From the human T2T-CHM13v2.0 reference genome, Homo sapiens: a stretch of 64,000 bases of DNA. The stretch lies in NCBI RefSeq assembly GCF_009914755.1, contig NC_060926.1; one strand, given 5' to 3'. Both the position numbers and the translations under genes were made by a program. The notes under the pieces are model-generated. The model saw only the letters and a list, made by a program, of their open reading frames with translations. It was not told the origin of the DNA and made no database searches. Shown in pieces: positions 44,055-58,934 of this stretch. Positions within the stretch are counted from its first letter, which is position 1. Every line of letters starts with the position of its first letter.

Positions 44055-45119
44055 CAGCGATCAGCAAATGATGGCCACAGGTGAAGTCTGGCCTACTGTC
44101 TGTTTATGTACAGTCTGTAGGCTAAGAATGGTTTTTACATTGCAAAATGGTTGGAAGAAAACTAATCAAAAGAATACTTTTTTTTATTATTATACTTTAA
44201 GTTCTAGGGTACATGTGCACAACGTGCAGGTTTGTTACATATGTATACATGTGCCATGTTGGTGTGCTGCAGCCATTAACTCATCATTTACATTAGGTAT
44301 ATTTCCTAATGCTATCCCTCCCCACTCCCCTCACCACAAAACAGGCCCCGGTGTGTGATGTTCCCCTTCCTGTGTTCAAGTGTTCTCATTGTTCAATTCC
44401 CACCTATGAGTGAGAACATGTGGTGTTTGGTTTTTTGTCCTTGCAACAGTTTGCTGAGAATGATGGTTTCTTGCTTTATCCATGTCCCTACAAAGGACAT
44501 GAACTCATCCTTTTTTACGGCTGCATAGTATTCCATGGTGTATATGTGCCACATTTTCTTAATCCAGTCTATCATTGTTGGACATTTGGGTTGGTTCCAA
44601 GTCTTTGCTATTGTGAATAGTGCCACAATAAATATATGTGTGCACGTGTCTTTATAGCAGCATGATTTATAATCCTTTGGGTATATACCCAGTAATGGGA
44701 TGGATGAGTCAAATGGAATTTCTAGTTCTAGATCCCTGAGGAATCACCACACTGACTTCCACAATGGTTGAACTAGTTTACAGTCCCACCAACAGCATAA
44801 AAGTGTTCCTATTTAATCAAAATAATATTTTTTGATGACATTTATAAAATTATTAATTTTATTCAATAACTCTTCTTCAAAGATACTTTCTTTAATGAAA
44901 TTTTAATTTATATTGAACTTATATTCAAATTTATTTAAAGACAGTGTCTTTGAAGAAAAGTTTATTGAAACATAGGCACACTCATTCCTTTACATATTGT
45001 GTATGGCTATTTACATGCTGCAACAGCAGACTTGCATAGTTGTCACAGAGACTATATGATCCACAAAGCCTAAAATATTTCCTATCTGGTCCTTTACTTA
45101 AAAATTTTGCCTATCCCTG
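44055..45119 (+). mobile_element. MER58B-like hAT DNA transposon, split by an L1PA
   Basis: cagcgatcagcaaa...gctaagaatggtttttacatt [L1] ...cacaaagcctaaaatattt...tgcctatccctg; degenerate TIRs. Confidence 0.85.
44178..44814 (-). mobile_element. L1PA (about PA5-age) 3' end
   Basis: Antisense 3'UTR and ORF2 C-terminus (ORF 44393-44626); TSD taatcaaaa(g/t)aata at 44163-44176 and 44814-44827. Confidence 0.96.
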
Positions 45120-46989
45120 TTTTCCACCAACATCATATTGTTTTAATTACTGTAGCTTAGTAACAAGCCTTGAAATCAGATAGTATTGGTCCTCTAACTT
45201 GGTTCTTCTTTTTCAAAGTTGTTTTGGCTATTCTAGAAACTTTCCAGTTCCATATGAAATTTAGAATCAGCATTTCAATTTCAATAATGCCACTGTGGTT
45301 TTAATTGTAACTGAACTGGATCTATGGATCAATCTGGGGAGAACTGGCATCTGAACAACAAAAAATCTTCTGACCTATGGACACAGTGTATCTCCCCTCT
45401 TACTAGTTTTTTGGTTCTTTTGTTCAGCAATGTTGTGTAGTTTTTAGTGCACAGGCGGTCATTGGCAGGAGTGTCCCTATTTTTCCTGGTCTTCTGTATT
45501 TCATGAAAACCAACAGCAGAGTTCCCCTGACCTATCCCCCTATGTGGTGCATCTCTCTTCCTCTGCAGGGAAAAAAATGGAAAAGAAAAAGGAAAATAAA
45601 TTCATTCATGTAAGATTGTGGCAAAGTTTTAGTTTTAATTTTTCCTTTGAATCTAACCACAAAAGCCAAAACACACAACAACTATAAACTTTCTAGCATT
45701 GGATATGAAATGTCAAGGCAGGAAATATACGCATTCTGGTTGAATGTAGTACTCCTTTCTTAAAGTGGCAAATTTGTTTTTTTGAATGGCAAATTATGAA
45801 GCTCACTGAATGTGTTTCTTGGTTTATCATTGGGAACACCCATTCTGTGGTTAATGAAGACATTCTACCAGTCAGCCAGCCACTGTTTAGAATAATGTTG
45901 TTACATCCCATATCAATAAATTATGACTATAATGGCAATGATTTCCTTTGAAATACGTTGTTGTCATGACAAAAGACTTGTTTCCTGTGGGTGATCATCA
46001 GCCACATTCTGTTTCACCTCTGCTGTCAGGCAGCAATGGAAGTATGAGAGGTGCCTTGACATTTCTGGGTACTCTGTGCAAATCCTCTAAATCTCTTCTG
46101 AAATTCATTTTTCATCTAATCACCGCTCTGAGCAAAGATAGCCTTGGAGGGAAAAGACCCCTTCCCTGTGTGGGCCAAAGACTGGCCAGGTCAGGATTTG
46201 GCTGTCTTTCAGAGTGATGACTAAACCTGTTTGGAGAGATTCCAAAATTTGCTCTCTCACCACAAAGGATACCCTTATTGAAGGAAATTTTCTTTGATGT
46301 TCAGCTCAAATTCTTCCCTCACTCAGTTTTCACTCTATCATTCATAATCCGATCTCCTTAAAACAATTCCTCTTCCTTATGAAGCGTTTTCAACCTTTCA
46401 GACCTTCTCAAAAATTATATATTCTTCTGAGTGGTGACTAGATCAGGTTATATATATTTATCTTCAGATTAGTAATAAAAGAGTTGATAATATTTGTTTT
46501 ACAATCACCAGGAAATTCCTTTTAAAAGCACTTCCTGGTAGCTCAGATTTGTAACATTCACATCAGATTTTAGTTTGTGAACTCCAGGTTCCTGGTTTCT
46601 TATGGAGATAAGAACCAACTGAACTAGAGAGCCCTGTGAATTGACCTGGATGTCTGCTGTGACTTTAGCAAATTAAAAAAGTAATACAGACAAAACGGAT
46701 AAATTTATTGTTAACCTGTCTTGCTTAGACACACCATCTAATTAAAATGTAGTTGTCATCCATGAGCAGGGCTATCAAAACCAGACTTGAGTAAAGAAAA
46801 GTGGGACGCTACATGCTCATTCTGTTACTTAGTATCTTAAGTGATATTAGATAATCATTTTGATAACGTCTCTTTCATTTTCATAGACATCAGAAAGAGA
46901 AGACTAAGTTAATAAAAACAGTATTATCTCTATTTGGTAATATATAAACTCTTTAGTTAAATGAGAAGATTGCACATTGCTTCAGCCTC

Positions 46990-47270
46990 ACCTTCTCTAA
47001 TCCATTCCATTCTTTGCATTGCTGCAACCACTTGCCCACCTCTTGCTATCCCTGCTGCCACACCGTGCCCCAAGTCACCTGTCTTACATCTCTCTCCTGC
47101 ACTATTGCAGTAGCATCCTTACCGGTCTCTCTGCTGCCACTCTTGCCACCAGCCAACCCATAATTTAATCAGAAGGCAGAATGATCTTTTAAAATAATAA
47201 ATCATATCTGACTTACGTTTAAGTCATCAATCACCTTTTGACTTATAATCCTAAAAATCTGATGCATAGG
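46990..47270 (+). mobile_element. L2 fragment
   Basis: cctgcactattgcagtagcatcctta...gaatgatcttttaaaat. Confidence 0.75.
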
Positions 47271-47274
47271 ACCT

Positions 47275-47780
47275 TTGTCAGTTGTGGTCACCTAACATCA
47301 TTACAAATTCTCCCTCTATTTGAGTAACTTTCCACATTAGGAGCCCTACATTTACAAGGTGGAAGTGGGGGAGAAAATGACTTTCCAGACTCTTGCAGCC
47401 TGGAGGGCAGGTGTGTAAGCTGGATTCTACTGATCAAGAAACACCTGTGGGAGACTGGTTTGGGGCTGAACAATATGAGAAAGGGGCTTCGCAGAGACTG
47501 ATCTCCTTGCCTGCTTGGAAGTTCCTGGCTCTCTGAAAGTGAATGCAGCAGGACTTCTGGGATTTAGACGCAAACCTTGGTGATAAAGGGAAAAGAAATT
47601 TGCACCAGAGCAGCCTCCACAGTGGGGTTGGGTGTGGATCCTGATGGCATGACTTCAGAGCCTGGCTTCTTAGCTTTCCCAAAGGATGTATAAAGAGTAC
47701 TACCCTTAGACCTTGGCAAGTGAGACCTCTACTCTAAGCCTTGAGTCTCAGGGACCTCCATATTTTGGAGGACTTCTTTC
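47275..47780 (+). mobile_element. ERVL-type LTR remnant (LTR33-like)
   Basis: ttccagactcttgcagc...ttctactgatcaag motif; 3' boundary uncertain. Confidence 0.4.
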
Positions 47781-48354
47781 ATCATGGCCACACACACAAA
47801 AATAACATACAAAATGAAATAGGAATAAAGGACACAGAGACACACAAAATGATGAGTGACCTCATAACCAAGTATATGTATTACCTTATTTGTACAGGAT
47901 ATGGGAATGTCTGATACACCCAAGTAAGCCAGCCAATTGTCCTGGATTACGTGTAATACTTCCTTATTTCAATGCCAATAGATCCTTATGAAGCTAAAAA
48001 TCACAGAAAAAAATCTTCATTTATCCAGTTTGCCTCACTTGTCCTACACTGTCATCTAATCACTTAAATGTTCATAGATTAGATTGATCATTTATTAACT
48101 GTCATGCATCACTTGAAACAAAATATTTGCCTGGGGGCCATATACCCTACAGGTAGTCCTAACTTTGAGCTGTTTAGCACTTGTTTTAATACATTCCTTT
48201 TCTGCCTAAACTAGCATAGTAGATCCTGCTGTTGGCAACACAGAATCTAGCCTGATACACTACACTAGGATAAAATCCAAACTCCCTAATGTAGTCCTCA
48301 AAGGTCCAGAATCTAGTACATATTTATGTTCCCAGACTCCTCTTATCTCCTCTA

Positions 48355-50636
<2,282 letters not shown>

Positions 50637-51092
50637 GAACCAACCCAAATGCCCATCAATGACAGACTGGATAAAGAAAATATGGCACATATACACCATG
50701 GAATACTATGCAGCCATAAAAAAAGGATTAGTTCATGTCCTTTGCAGGGACATGGATGAAGCTGGAAACCATCATTCTCCGCAAACTAACACAGGAACAG
50801 AAAACTAAACAGCACATGTTCTCACTCATAAGTGGGAGTTGAACAATGGGAACATATTGGCACAGGGAGGGGAACATCACACACTGGGGCCCATCGGGTG
50901 GTGGGGGGCAAGGGGAGGGATAGCATTAGGAGAAAAACGTAGCGTAGAGTATGGGTTGATGGGTGCAGCAAACCACCATGGCACATGTATACCTATGTAA
51001 CAAACCTTCACGTTCTGCACATGTATCTCAGAACTTAAAGTATAATAATAAAAAAAGAAAAGCACCAAAAAAAGAAAAAAAAAAGAAAAGAA
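50637..51092 (+). mobile_element. Older L1PA (about PA7/8) 3' end abutting the previous L1 tail
   Basis: ctttgcagggacatgg, aaactaacacaggaacag, ataagtgggagttg and gcaaaccaccatgg; own A tail. Confidence 0.93.
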
Positions 51093-51107
51093 ATGACAGA
51101 GTTCCAC

Positions 51108-51500
51108 TGCTATGGTTTGAATGTTTGTCTTCTCCAAAGATCACATTAAAATTTAATCCCTGATGTAATGGTATTAAGCAGCGTTAAGAGGTGGAACCTT
51201 TAAGAGGTGAGTGGGTGATGAGGGTTCTGTCCTCATGAATGGATTAATTAATTCATGGATTAATGGATTAATGGGTTATCACAGGCATGGGTTAGTTATC
51301 ACAAGACTAGGTTGGTTATAAAAGCCAGTTTGGCATACTCTTGCCCTCTTGCTATGTTATGCCCTCCCATGTTATAATTCAGTAAGAAGGCCCTCACCAG
51401 ATGCAGCCCCACAACCTCGGACTTCCCAGCCACCAGAACTGTAAAAACATAAATTTATTTTTAAAATAAATTAACCAGTCTGTGCTATTTTATATAATGA
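51108..51500 (+). mobile_element. MaLR solo LTR (MST family)
   Basis: tgctatggtttgaatgtttgtc...aagaaggccctcaccagatgcagccc...ataaattaaccagtctgtg. Confidence 0.88.
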
Positions 51501-51619
51501 TAATCATGAAGAACTATAAATTTCTGAAGTGCTTATGAGTCACCAGAATAATAGTATAGTTAATAGGCTTTAATGTGTCTTAATTACTTTGAGACATTGT
51601 TATCATTCTCATGTGATTG

Positions 51620-52440
51620 AAGATAAGACAGCAGAACACTCTTCTCTGGACCAGAAGCTCTTAGTTCAAGTCCTACTCTCTCTACTTACTAATACTGACC
51701 TTGACAAACCATGTAACTTCTTTGAATATCTTAGCTAATCTGCCAAATAGAGAATGCAATTCCTACCTTATGAAACTCATTGGGATTTTATGAGGCTCAG
51801 GTGAGTTGAACATGGCAGATGAGAACTCGGAGGACCTTATGCACTCTTGTATTAGTGAAGAAAATGAGATCCAACAAAATAACATGATTTACTAAATGCT
51901 GCACTGCTAGTTTTTAAAAGACTGTATTTTGTAAAAGTATTTCCTATAGAAAAAACAGTCTACAAATGAAGCTACTATTCTGAGTAACTCTTAAGTATTG
52001 AATAAATCAAAACATGCTTTATCTTGCCTTTTGGGGAAAAATGAGTTTTACTTCTAAAAAGTAAATGCATTATTATTCTCGCTTTGCAACTATGCTGATC
52101 AGTGACATATAGGGTGTTTGCAGTGATATTTAATTATAATAATAATGTTTAAGACCAGATGCATAGAGAACAAAATGAGTAGCTATAATGATGAAGATGA
52201 TGTTAATAAGGAGGATGGTAACAGTACCGATGACTAAGTTAGGTACTTAAGTATATATTATCTTATTTGATTCTCTCAACAACACTCTGAGGTATCTGCA
52301 TTTTATAGAGGAAGACACGGAGGTTCAGAAAAGTTCAGCAACTTGTCCAAGATGATATAGCAAGAAAGTGACAAAGGCATTGCTTTAAACTTCTGTTTTT
52401 TATCTAATGTCAAAGCAGCTCAACTTCTTTTACACTAGAC
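51620..52440. mobile_element. MIR fragments (about 51620-51820 on +; 52200-52440 on -)
   Basis: gttcaagtcctactctc...tgaccttgacaa and ttttatagaggaagacacggaggttcagaaaag. Confidence 0.65.
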
Positions 52441-55429
52441 TGACTTGTGTAACACCCATACAACCTTGATTATTTGAAGCCCACCTCTACCTAGCCATTT
52501 CTCCTGTAGGTACATTTTCCCATGAAATGTAAGCCAGGAAAGACTAAAACTCAGCTGTTACATCTGTCATCTCTCGCTCTTCTCATCCTCTTCAGATTCT
52601 GCAGTTCTGCAAACTGGCATACTTCACTGAACACCAATTCAGTGCAGAGGGCTGTGCTGGGGCCAACTGGCCTGAGTGGAGTGCGGTTGGTCTACAGACA
52701 GAAGAGCACTCGCTCTAGCTCGTTGACCTCCTTTTAGTGTGTATGAGAACAGCCAAGATGGAGACAACTTGCTCATAGAAGCAAAGTAGGATGCATTTTC
52801 ATAGTCTGCCCCCTCTAAGCCATTTCCTGCCCTGAAGCCTGGTATCCTCACATATGTGAAAGGATATCAAATTCTACTTTCATAACTTGCCAGAATAAGT
52901 GTTTGAAATGCCAGCAGATACCACAGGGCAAGGGCTGCCTATGTGTTATAGGTCTGTCACCTTAATGTTTTGGAGGCTGTAAGGTCCCCCAAACAACCCA
53001 AACTGACATAGTGCCCCCTTAGTTCTCTGCTCACTGGAGATTTCACCAGGCAAGATTTCTCTTCTGAAAACCCAAAAAGACTTGGATTTTCTCAGCATCT
53101 GCTACACAGCCCAGTCAGCAGAACAGCAGTAAATGTCTGAACTCCCTAGCTCCCTTTCTCTCCCCTTTGTTTTTCTGTTTTGGCAGAGAAATGTTAACCA
53201 GCCCCTAACAAAAGCCAATTCTGAGGTTAAAAGGGGATGGTGGAAGGGACAGGAAGAAAATCAACAAGCCTCCCCATTTCCTCCCTTCCAATCCAATTGC
53301 TAGATTGGAGAAGGTGCAAAATGCCACCATGGGAGCCTTGCCCACTGTAGTATTTTGGTGTGTCACTGGCAGGGGTAAAAAGTGCAAAAGATAGTGCTTT
53401 GTTTTCTGCTTTTGCACACAGAGACTGCTTTTTCAGGTAAAGAAAATGTTGACCAAAGAAAATAAAGGGAAAGACTGCCTCTTTCTTTACCAACACAAAA
53501 TGTGTAGCATTGTTCTAATAGAAGAAATGTGCTTCCGAGGGTGGAGCAGTGTGGTAATAAAGCAGCCTATTTTTGCAACTTGGCGTTACCTTTGGGCCTT
53601 CTCACATAACCTCGATGGACAGTTGCAACACAGCAAAGAACACTATAGCCTTATTGTTATGCACCCCACCTCTTTTATACTCTGACTTTAACCCACACAA
53701 TGACACTGTGTCTTTTAGGCCACAGTATACTTATTGTTCAGTGGACATAAAGGTTGGTGAAGAAGAAAACTATGTCTTAGAAAAGCAAGCTCTAATATCA
53801 CTAAGTGTAGACATATATTTTAAGATTTGTTCCAGAATATGTAGACATGGGGGGAAAAAACTTGGTCAATCCTTGGATTTTATTAAATTAAACAGAACTT
53901 AGAAGGTGAGGGAATTGGGAGACCCAAGGGCATGAAGTAAAACAATTGACCAGTTGATCTGCGTAGTAGAGAAGGGAATATGGGTTCATAGCACTGGGTA
54001 TTACTGCTTGACTCCCAAGTTCTCAGGGCTGCAATGAGGACTATGAAAGCTAAAAAGACATTTCCTCCAAGGCATCTAAACCCACAGCGGCAGTTCTCAG
54101 TTCTATGCAACTAATATTTGCTTAACTCTCAGTGGTACCCACTACTTTTCTTAGGACAAGATGTCTTTTCCATAGCAAATCTGACATGGATGGTGATGAA
54201 AGTGGTGTCAGATACCATGTTAGGTCATTTGAAGAATGTTCCTCTTCCAGAGAACTTTCTGTTTAAAATAATTAAGAAATCACAAACTTTTTCCATTTTT
54301 TTATTTTTTTGTGCACTTAAAGAAGATTTAATAAGTACCTACTATGTGCCTGGCATGCTTAGTAACTGGGATGACAAATATGAATGAAACCTATTCTCTT
54401 CTAAATTCCTCAGTTGCTTACAGCCTCTCCTAAATGCTATTTTATACTAACGTGCAGTTCTGCTGAAACTATTTTCTTCCTCTTGGGTCTCCTTTATGAG
54501 AAACCTGGGAGAAATTACTGTCTGGTATGGGAACCAAGAAGAACTGTACTTGTGAGCAATTGGCTTGTATTAATATTACACTTTGAACCATGTAACTGAC
54601 CAGTTTCCCCTTTCCTGTGATAGTTAAAGATAAATGTTGTCCCACCAGAAGCCAACAAAAAGGTCACTGTGGTTTGAATTTTCTGAATCTTATACCAAGA
54701 CCATACTACTCTTCCTTATTTTTCTTCTTTTACTTCTTTCCTTTCCTTCTTTTTCTATATTTTAAAATTCATTTTTTAATATTTTGTATGTCCACAAAGC
54801 TGACTTTAATTTCAAAAGCATAGTGGCACTGAATAAATAAATAAATGAACAAATAGTTGTTTCCCTAAAACTAGATTTCAAGAGACTCTCATTGCAAAGG
54901 AGTTATTTATCTTTGAAGGGTGAAAGCAGAAATAACCAAGTGACAAGGAGAATAAACAGATCAAACCCTCAGCAGCTGTCCATGAAGACATGGAGCAACA
55001 GATGTCAGGAAACCATGAAGTAGCTGCATCATCATGTCATACACAGTGGAGCCAGGGCCCATTTGGAGAAAGCATTTTGATGTTTCCCAGATTTTAAAAT
55101 AAAAATGATTAAGCAATCTTTAAATTAAACCTTAAACTTTTCAATGTGTACTCTATCTACTTAATCCAGCATTTTTTGTTCGTTGACTTTTTCCAGCCTC
55201 TAAGGACAGGAAAATTATCAGCACAGAAAATGAAACTAAGCCTTGAAAGTATAAAAAGAATCACATCTTACATCTGCAGATTAAATTGAATGTTTGGAGC
55301 TATTTTCATCTATTATTTTCATTGATTTTCTCAGATTATAGAAGTTCTAATAAAAACGTTGTAAAATAATTTTTAAAATATTTTATAATAAAGCAATAAT
55401 TAGTACAAAATAATTGAGCAATATAAACT

Positions 55430-55630
55430 TTTAAAATATTTATTCATTCACTAAATATTTACTGAGTGCCTGTATGTGCTAGGCTCTGAGAACAAAGTAT
55501 AAAACAAATTATGTTTTGTTTTTACTTTTATAGAACCTACTCTCTTGGAGAAGATAAACAATAAACAACTACTTATACTAATAAACGTATAATTTCCCAG
55601 TATGATCAAAGTATTATAAAGGGAAAATGT
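55430..55630 (-). mobile_element. L2 3' end
   Basis: tattcattcactaaatatttactgagtgcctgtatgtgctagg. Confidence 0.8.
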
Positions 55631-56205
55631 TATTGTTTCAGGTATCTACTAACTTGTAACCAACCACCCAAAACTTAGTCATGTAAAACAACAACCATTC
55701 TGTTAACGATCATGATTTTGTGGGTCACGAATTTTAGCAGAGCATAGTATGGACAGCTAGTCTTTGCTCCACAATGACTCAGGCCTCTGCTGGGGTGGCT
55801 TGAACAGGTGAAGAAGACTGGGACAATGAGAATGGATCCATATATCTGCAGCCTTGGATCTTTTCTACATCAGACTAAATGTCTAAAATAGTGTATTCAC
55901 TTCCATATTTGTCACCTGCCCTGGAATGATTGGTTCTATGCAGCTGTTCCATGTGACTCACATGAACCTCCTCACAGCATAGCAGTATCAGGGTAATCAA
56001 ACTTTTCAAATGGCAGCTGGCCTCTCTGAGAGTGAGGATTCCAAGAGGAAAGACACAGAAACTGCCAGTCTTTCAAGGCCCGAGCACACAAATTGGCATG
56101 GTGCCATTTCTACCACAGTCTATTGTCCAAACAGTTTTAGTAATTATTAAGATTCAAGGGAGGGGTCATAGAGCCTACCTCTCATTAGGAGGAGTGTTAA
56201 AGACT
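55631..56205 (-). mobile_element. MaLR LTR (MLT1F/G/H-like)
   Basis: accacccaaaacttagt...catgattttgtgggtca...ttctaccacagtctattgtc...agattcaagggagggg. Confidence 0.8.
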
Positions 56206-56381
56206 TCCCTAGATCAAAAAAAGCCAGAAATCATCAAACTGCTATGAGAGAAAAAAAAATTACTAACCTATAATTCTATACCCAATTAGACTATCATCCA
56301 AATCAATCAGTTTCAGGCAGATACTGAGAGCATAAAGGCAGAACTACAAAAGAATATTCATCAGAAAGAAAGAAGTTAATT

Positions 56382-56471
56382 GTGTACAGGCATACCACCC
56401 TGAACATGCCCAGTCTCTTCTGATCCCTAAAGCTAAGTACAGTTGGACCTGGTTAGTACTTGGACAGGAGA
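56382..56471 (+). pseudogene. RNA5S: 5S rRNA retropseudogene, 3'-truncated at about nt 90, tailless (pseudogene number unknown)
   Basis: Ungapped match to 5S nt 1-90 (cataccaccctgaac, aagctaag, cctggttagtacttgga); degenerate TSD aaagaaagaagttaa / aaagaaggaatttaa. Confidence 0.93.
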
Positions 56472-56693
56472 AAGAAGGAATTTAACACAGAATTAAGGTA
56501 TAAGGTGCAAAAATAAGAGAAAAAAATGAGTAAATAAGCACTGACTCTATAAATCGATATCATAAAAATGATTAGTTGGAATGTTATAAAATTAAGGTGG
56601 AGGTAAAGGATAAGACATAACGTACAAGATAAGAGGGCATAATGAGATCTTTAAAAACCTAAGTTCTGTGTATTATTTGATATCCTTGTGTAT

Positions 56694-56817
56694 GTATTTA
56701 TTTATTTTTATTTCCATAGGTTATTGGGGAACAGGTGGTGTTTGGTTACATGAGTAATTTCTTCAGTGGTGATTTGTGAGATTTTGGTGCACCCATCACC
56801 TGAGTAATATACACTGA
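56694..56817 (-). mobile_element. L1PB1-like extreme 3' fragment
   Basis: tttccataggttattggggaacaggtggtgtttggttacatgag; TSD gata(t/c)ccttgtgtat. Confidence 0.9.
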
Positions 56818-57474
56818 GATACCCTTGTGTATTTAGAGCTATAAACAATATTGATTAATGTTTAGGTTTATTAAATCAAAAATATCTATTATAATTTTAA
56901 AGCAATTAAGCTTCTTCCAAGCTTAAAAGAATGAAAATATATTGTAAACTAAACTAATAGAGTTGTAAAATATGAGAGATGAACATGTTCAAAATTATAC
57001 AAGGCAGGGGAGCTTTTTAAAAATAAAAGCATGATAAATAAGGTGATAAAAATAATGAAAAATCAATAATCACATTAAGTGTTACATGAAAACTCACCTT
57101 TTAAGTATAGTCTTTAACAAGATTTTAAAATCTAGCTTTTTGCTGTTTACTAAAGGTACTGCAAAAAACATAAAATAAAGAAAGATTGAAAATAAAGGAT
57201 AAAGAATCCTATGATGGAAAAATACTATACAAGAGATATATGGAATAACTTTTAATATCAGACAAATGTTTAGGCAAAAAGTAACTAGTAATAACAAAGA
57301 AATTCATTAATAAGAAGTAGCCATTTGGAATTTATATAGCCCAAATATCAAGGGTTCAAAGTACAAAAAGTAAAAATGGGCATAATTACTGGTAGAAATT
57401 AGCAAGAATAATCACAATGTAAAATTGTAACATGCCTCCCTTAATAATTGGTAAGTCAAATTAAAAAATATAGC

Positions 57475-57922
57475 ATAATAGTTTTCTTGTTGTATAACAG
57501 GCTACCATAAACTTAGGCACTTAAAGCAGTAGCCATTTATTACAGCGCTATTTCTGAAGATGAGAAGTCTGGATTCTCTGCTCAGTAGCTCACAGGACTG
57601 AAATCAAGGTATCATTTTTATCTGGAGCTCAGGGGCTTCTTCCACGCTCATTCAATTTTTGGCAGAATTTAGTCCCTTACGGCTATAAGACTGAGGTCCT
57701 TGTTTTCTTGCTGTCTGGTAGAAGGGGGTTGCTCTCAGCTCCTAAAGGTCACCCTGGGCTTCTAGCCACCTTTCTTTTGATTAACTTATAGTCAACTCAT
57801 TAGCAACCTAGTCAAGGGAGTGAAATCTCATCATATTCACAAGCCCCATGCATACAAAAGGAAAAATTGTTGAAAACAGAGGCCTGGAATATTTGAGACC
57901 ATCTTATAATTCTATCTACCAC
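57475..57922 (-). mobile_element. MaLR LTR (MLT1E-like)
   Basis: ggattctctgctcag...ctgaaatcaagg...ggcagaatttagtccctt...ttctatctaccaca. Confidence 0.8.
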
Positions 57923-58385
57923 ATAAAGTACTTACATATAAAATGTAATCAAAAAGTGAATTTGACTTAATGGACATTAATAGAATATTGCGTTCAGTAG
58001 CTCTAAATTTATCAAAATTTGTCATGTATGAAGGCACAAAGTAAACCTAAGTAAACTCCTAAAGAATCTAATCACTAAAAAAGAATAATATATAGCAATA
58101 TTTAGTTTAGCAATAAATCAGTATCAGAAGAATAAACAAAATATTTTAAAATGGGATAATTCATGGTTCAAAGAGGACACCATGCTTGAAATTTAAAATT
58201 ACTTAAAACAATTAAAATTGACATATGGAATATAGCTAAAATTGCATTAAAGGAAAATACATAACCTTCTGTGTTTATAATAGAAAAGAATAAACGAAGA
58301 CTTTAACTTGAAAAGAAAGTGAAAGAACAATAGAACAATCACAAAGAAAGTAGAAGAAAAACAAATGGTAATAGAAACTAATTGA

Positions 58386-58542
58386 ATTAGCTGGGCTGGG
58401 TGGTACATGCCTGTAATCCCAGCTACTCAGGAGGCTGAGTCAGGAGAATTGCTTGAACCCAGGAGGTGGAGGTTGCAGTGAGGTAAGATGGCACCACTGC
58501 ACTCCAGCCTGGGCAACAGAGCAAAACTCCATCTTGAAAAAA
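58386..58542 (+). mobile_element. AluS right monomer
   Basis: cctgtaatcccagctactcaggaggctgag...ccagcctgggcaacagagcaaaactcc. Confidence 0.92.
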
Positions 58543-58934
58543 TAGAATGTAATGAAGAAGAAGAGAAAGAGACTACTGAGAAGATCAGCAAAAACAAATA
58601 GAAATTTCACAGATATATGAACTGTAAATATTTTGAAAGTAATTTAAACAACTTTAGGTCAATACATTTGAAAATTTAGATAAAATAGATATTTTCTTAA
58701 GTATAACTAATCAAAACTGGCTCAAGAAATAAAAACATTAATAGACTCATAAGTTATAATAAATGTAGTCAGTAATATAAAATATCTTCCTATAAAATGA
58801 TACTAGGCACAAATATTTTACAGAGCTATTATACACATTATTTGAAAAATATTATTGAATATATGCAAGTTCTTCCAGAAAACACACTGCTCTGCAACTC
58901 ATTTTATGAGGTTATCATTTTACAATATTGTAAT

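Larger units (their letters stand above)
56210..58930 (+). mobile_element. Old L1M (L1ME-like) ORF1 end to ORF2, decayed
   Basis: A-rich sense L1 motifs (aattctatacccaa, taatatcagacaaa, gacttaatggacattaatagaa, aaaactggctcaagaa). Confidence 0.7.

Noticed and set aside
56382-56471. Functional 5S rRNA gene
   Set aside because: Lacks the last 30 nt or so and the terminator; CpG-decayed; solitary.
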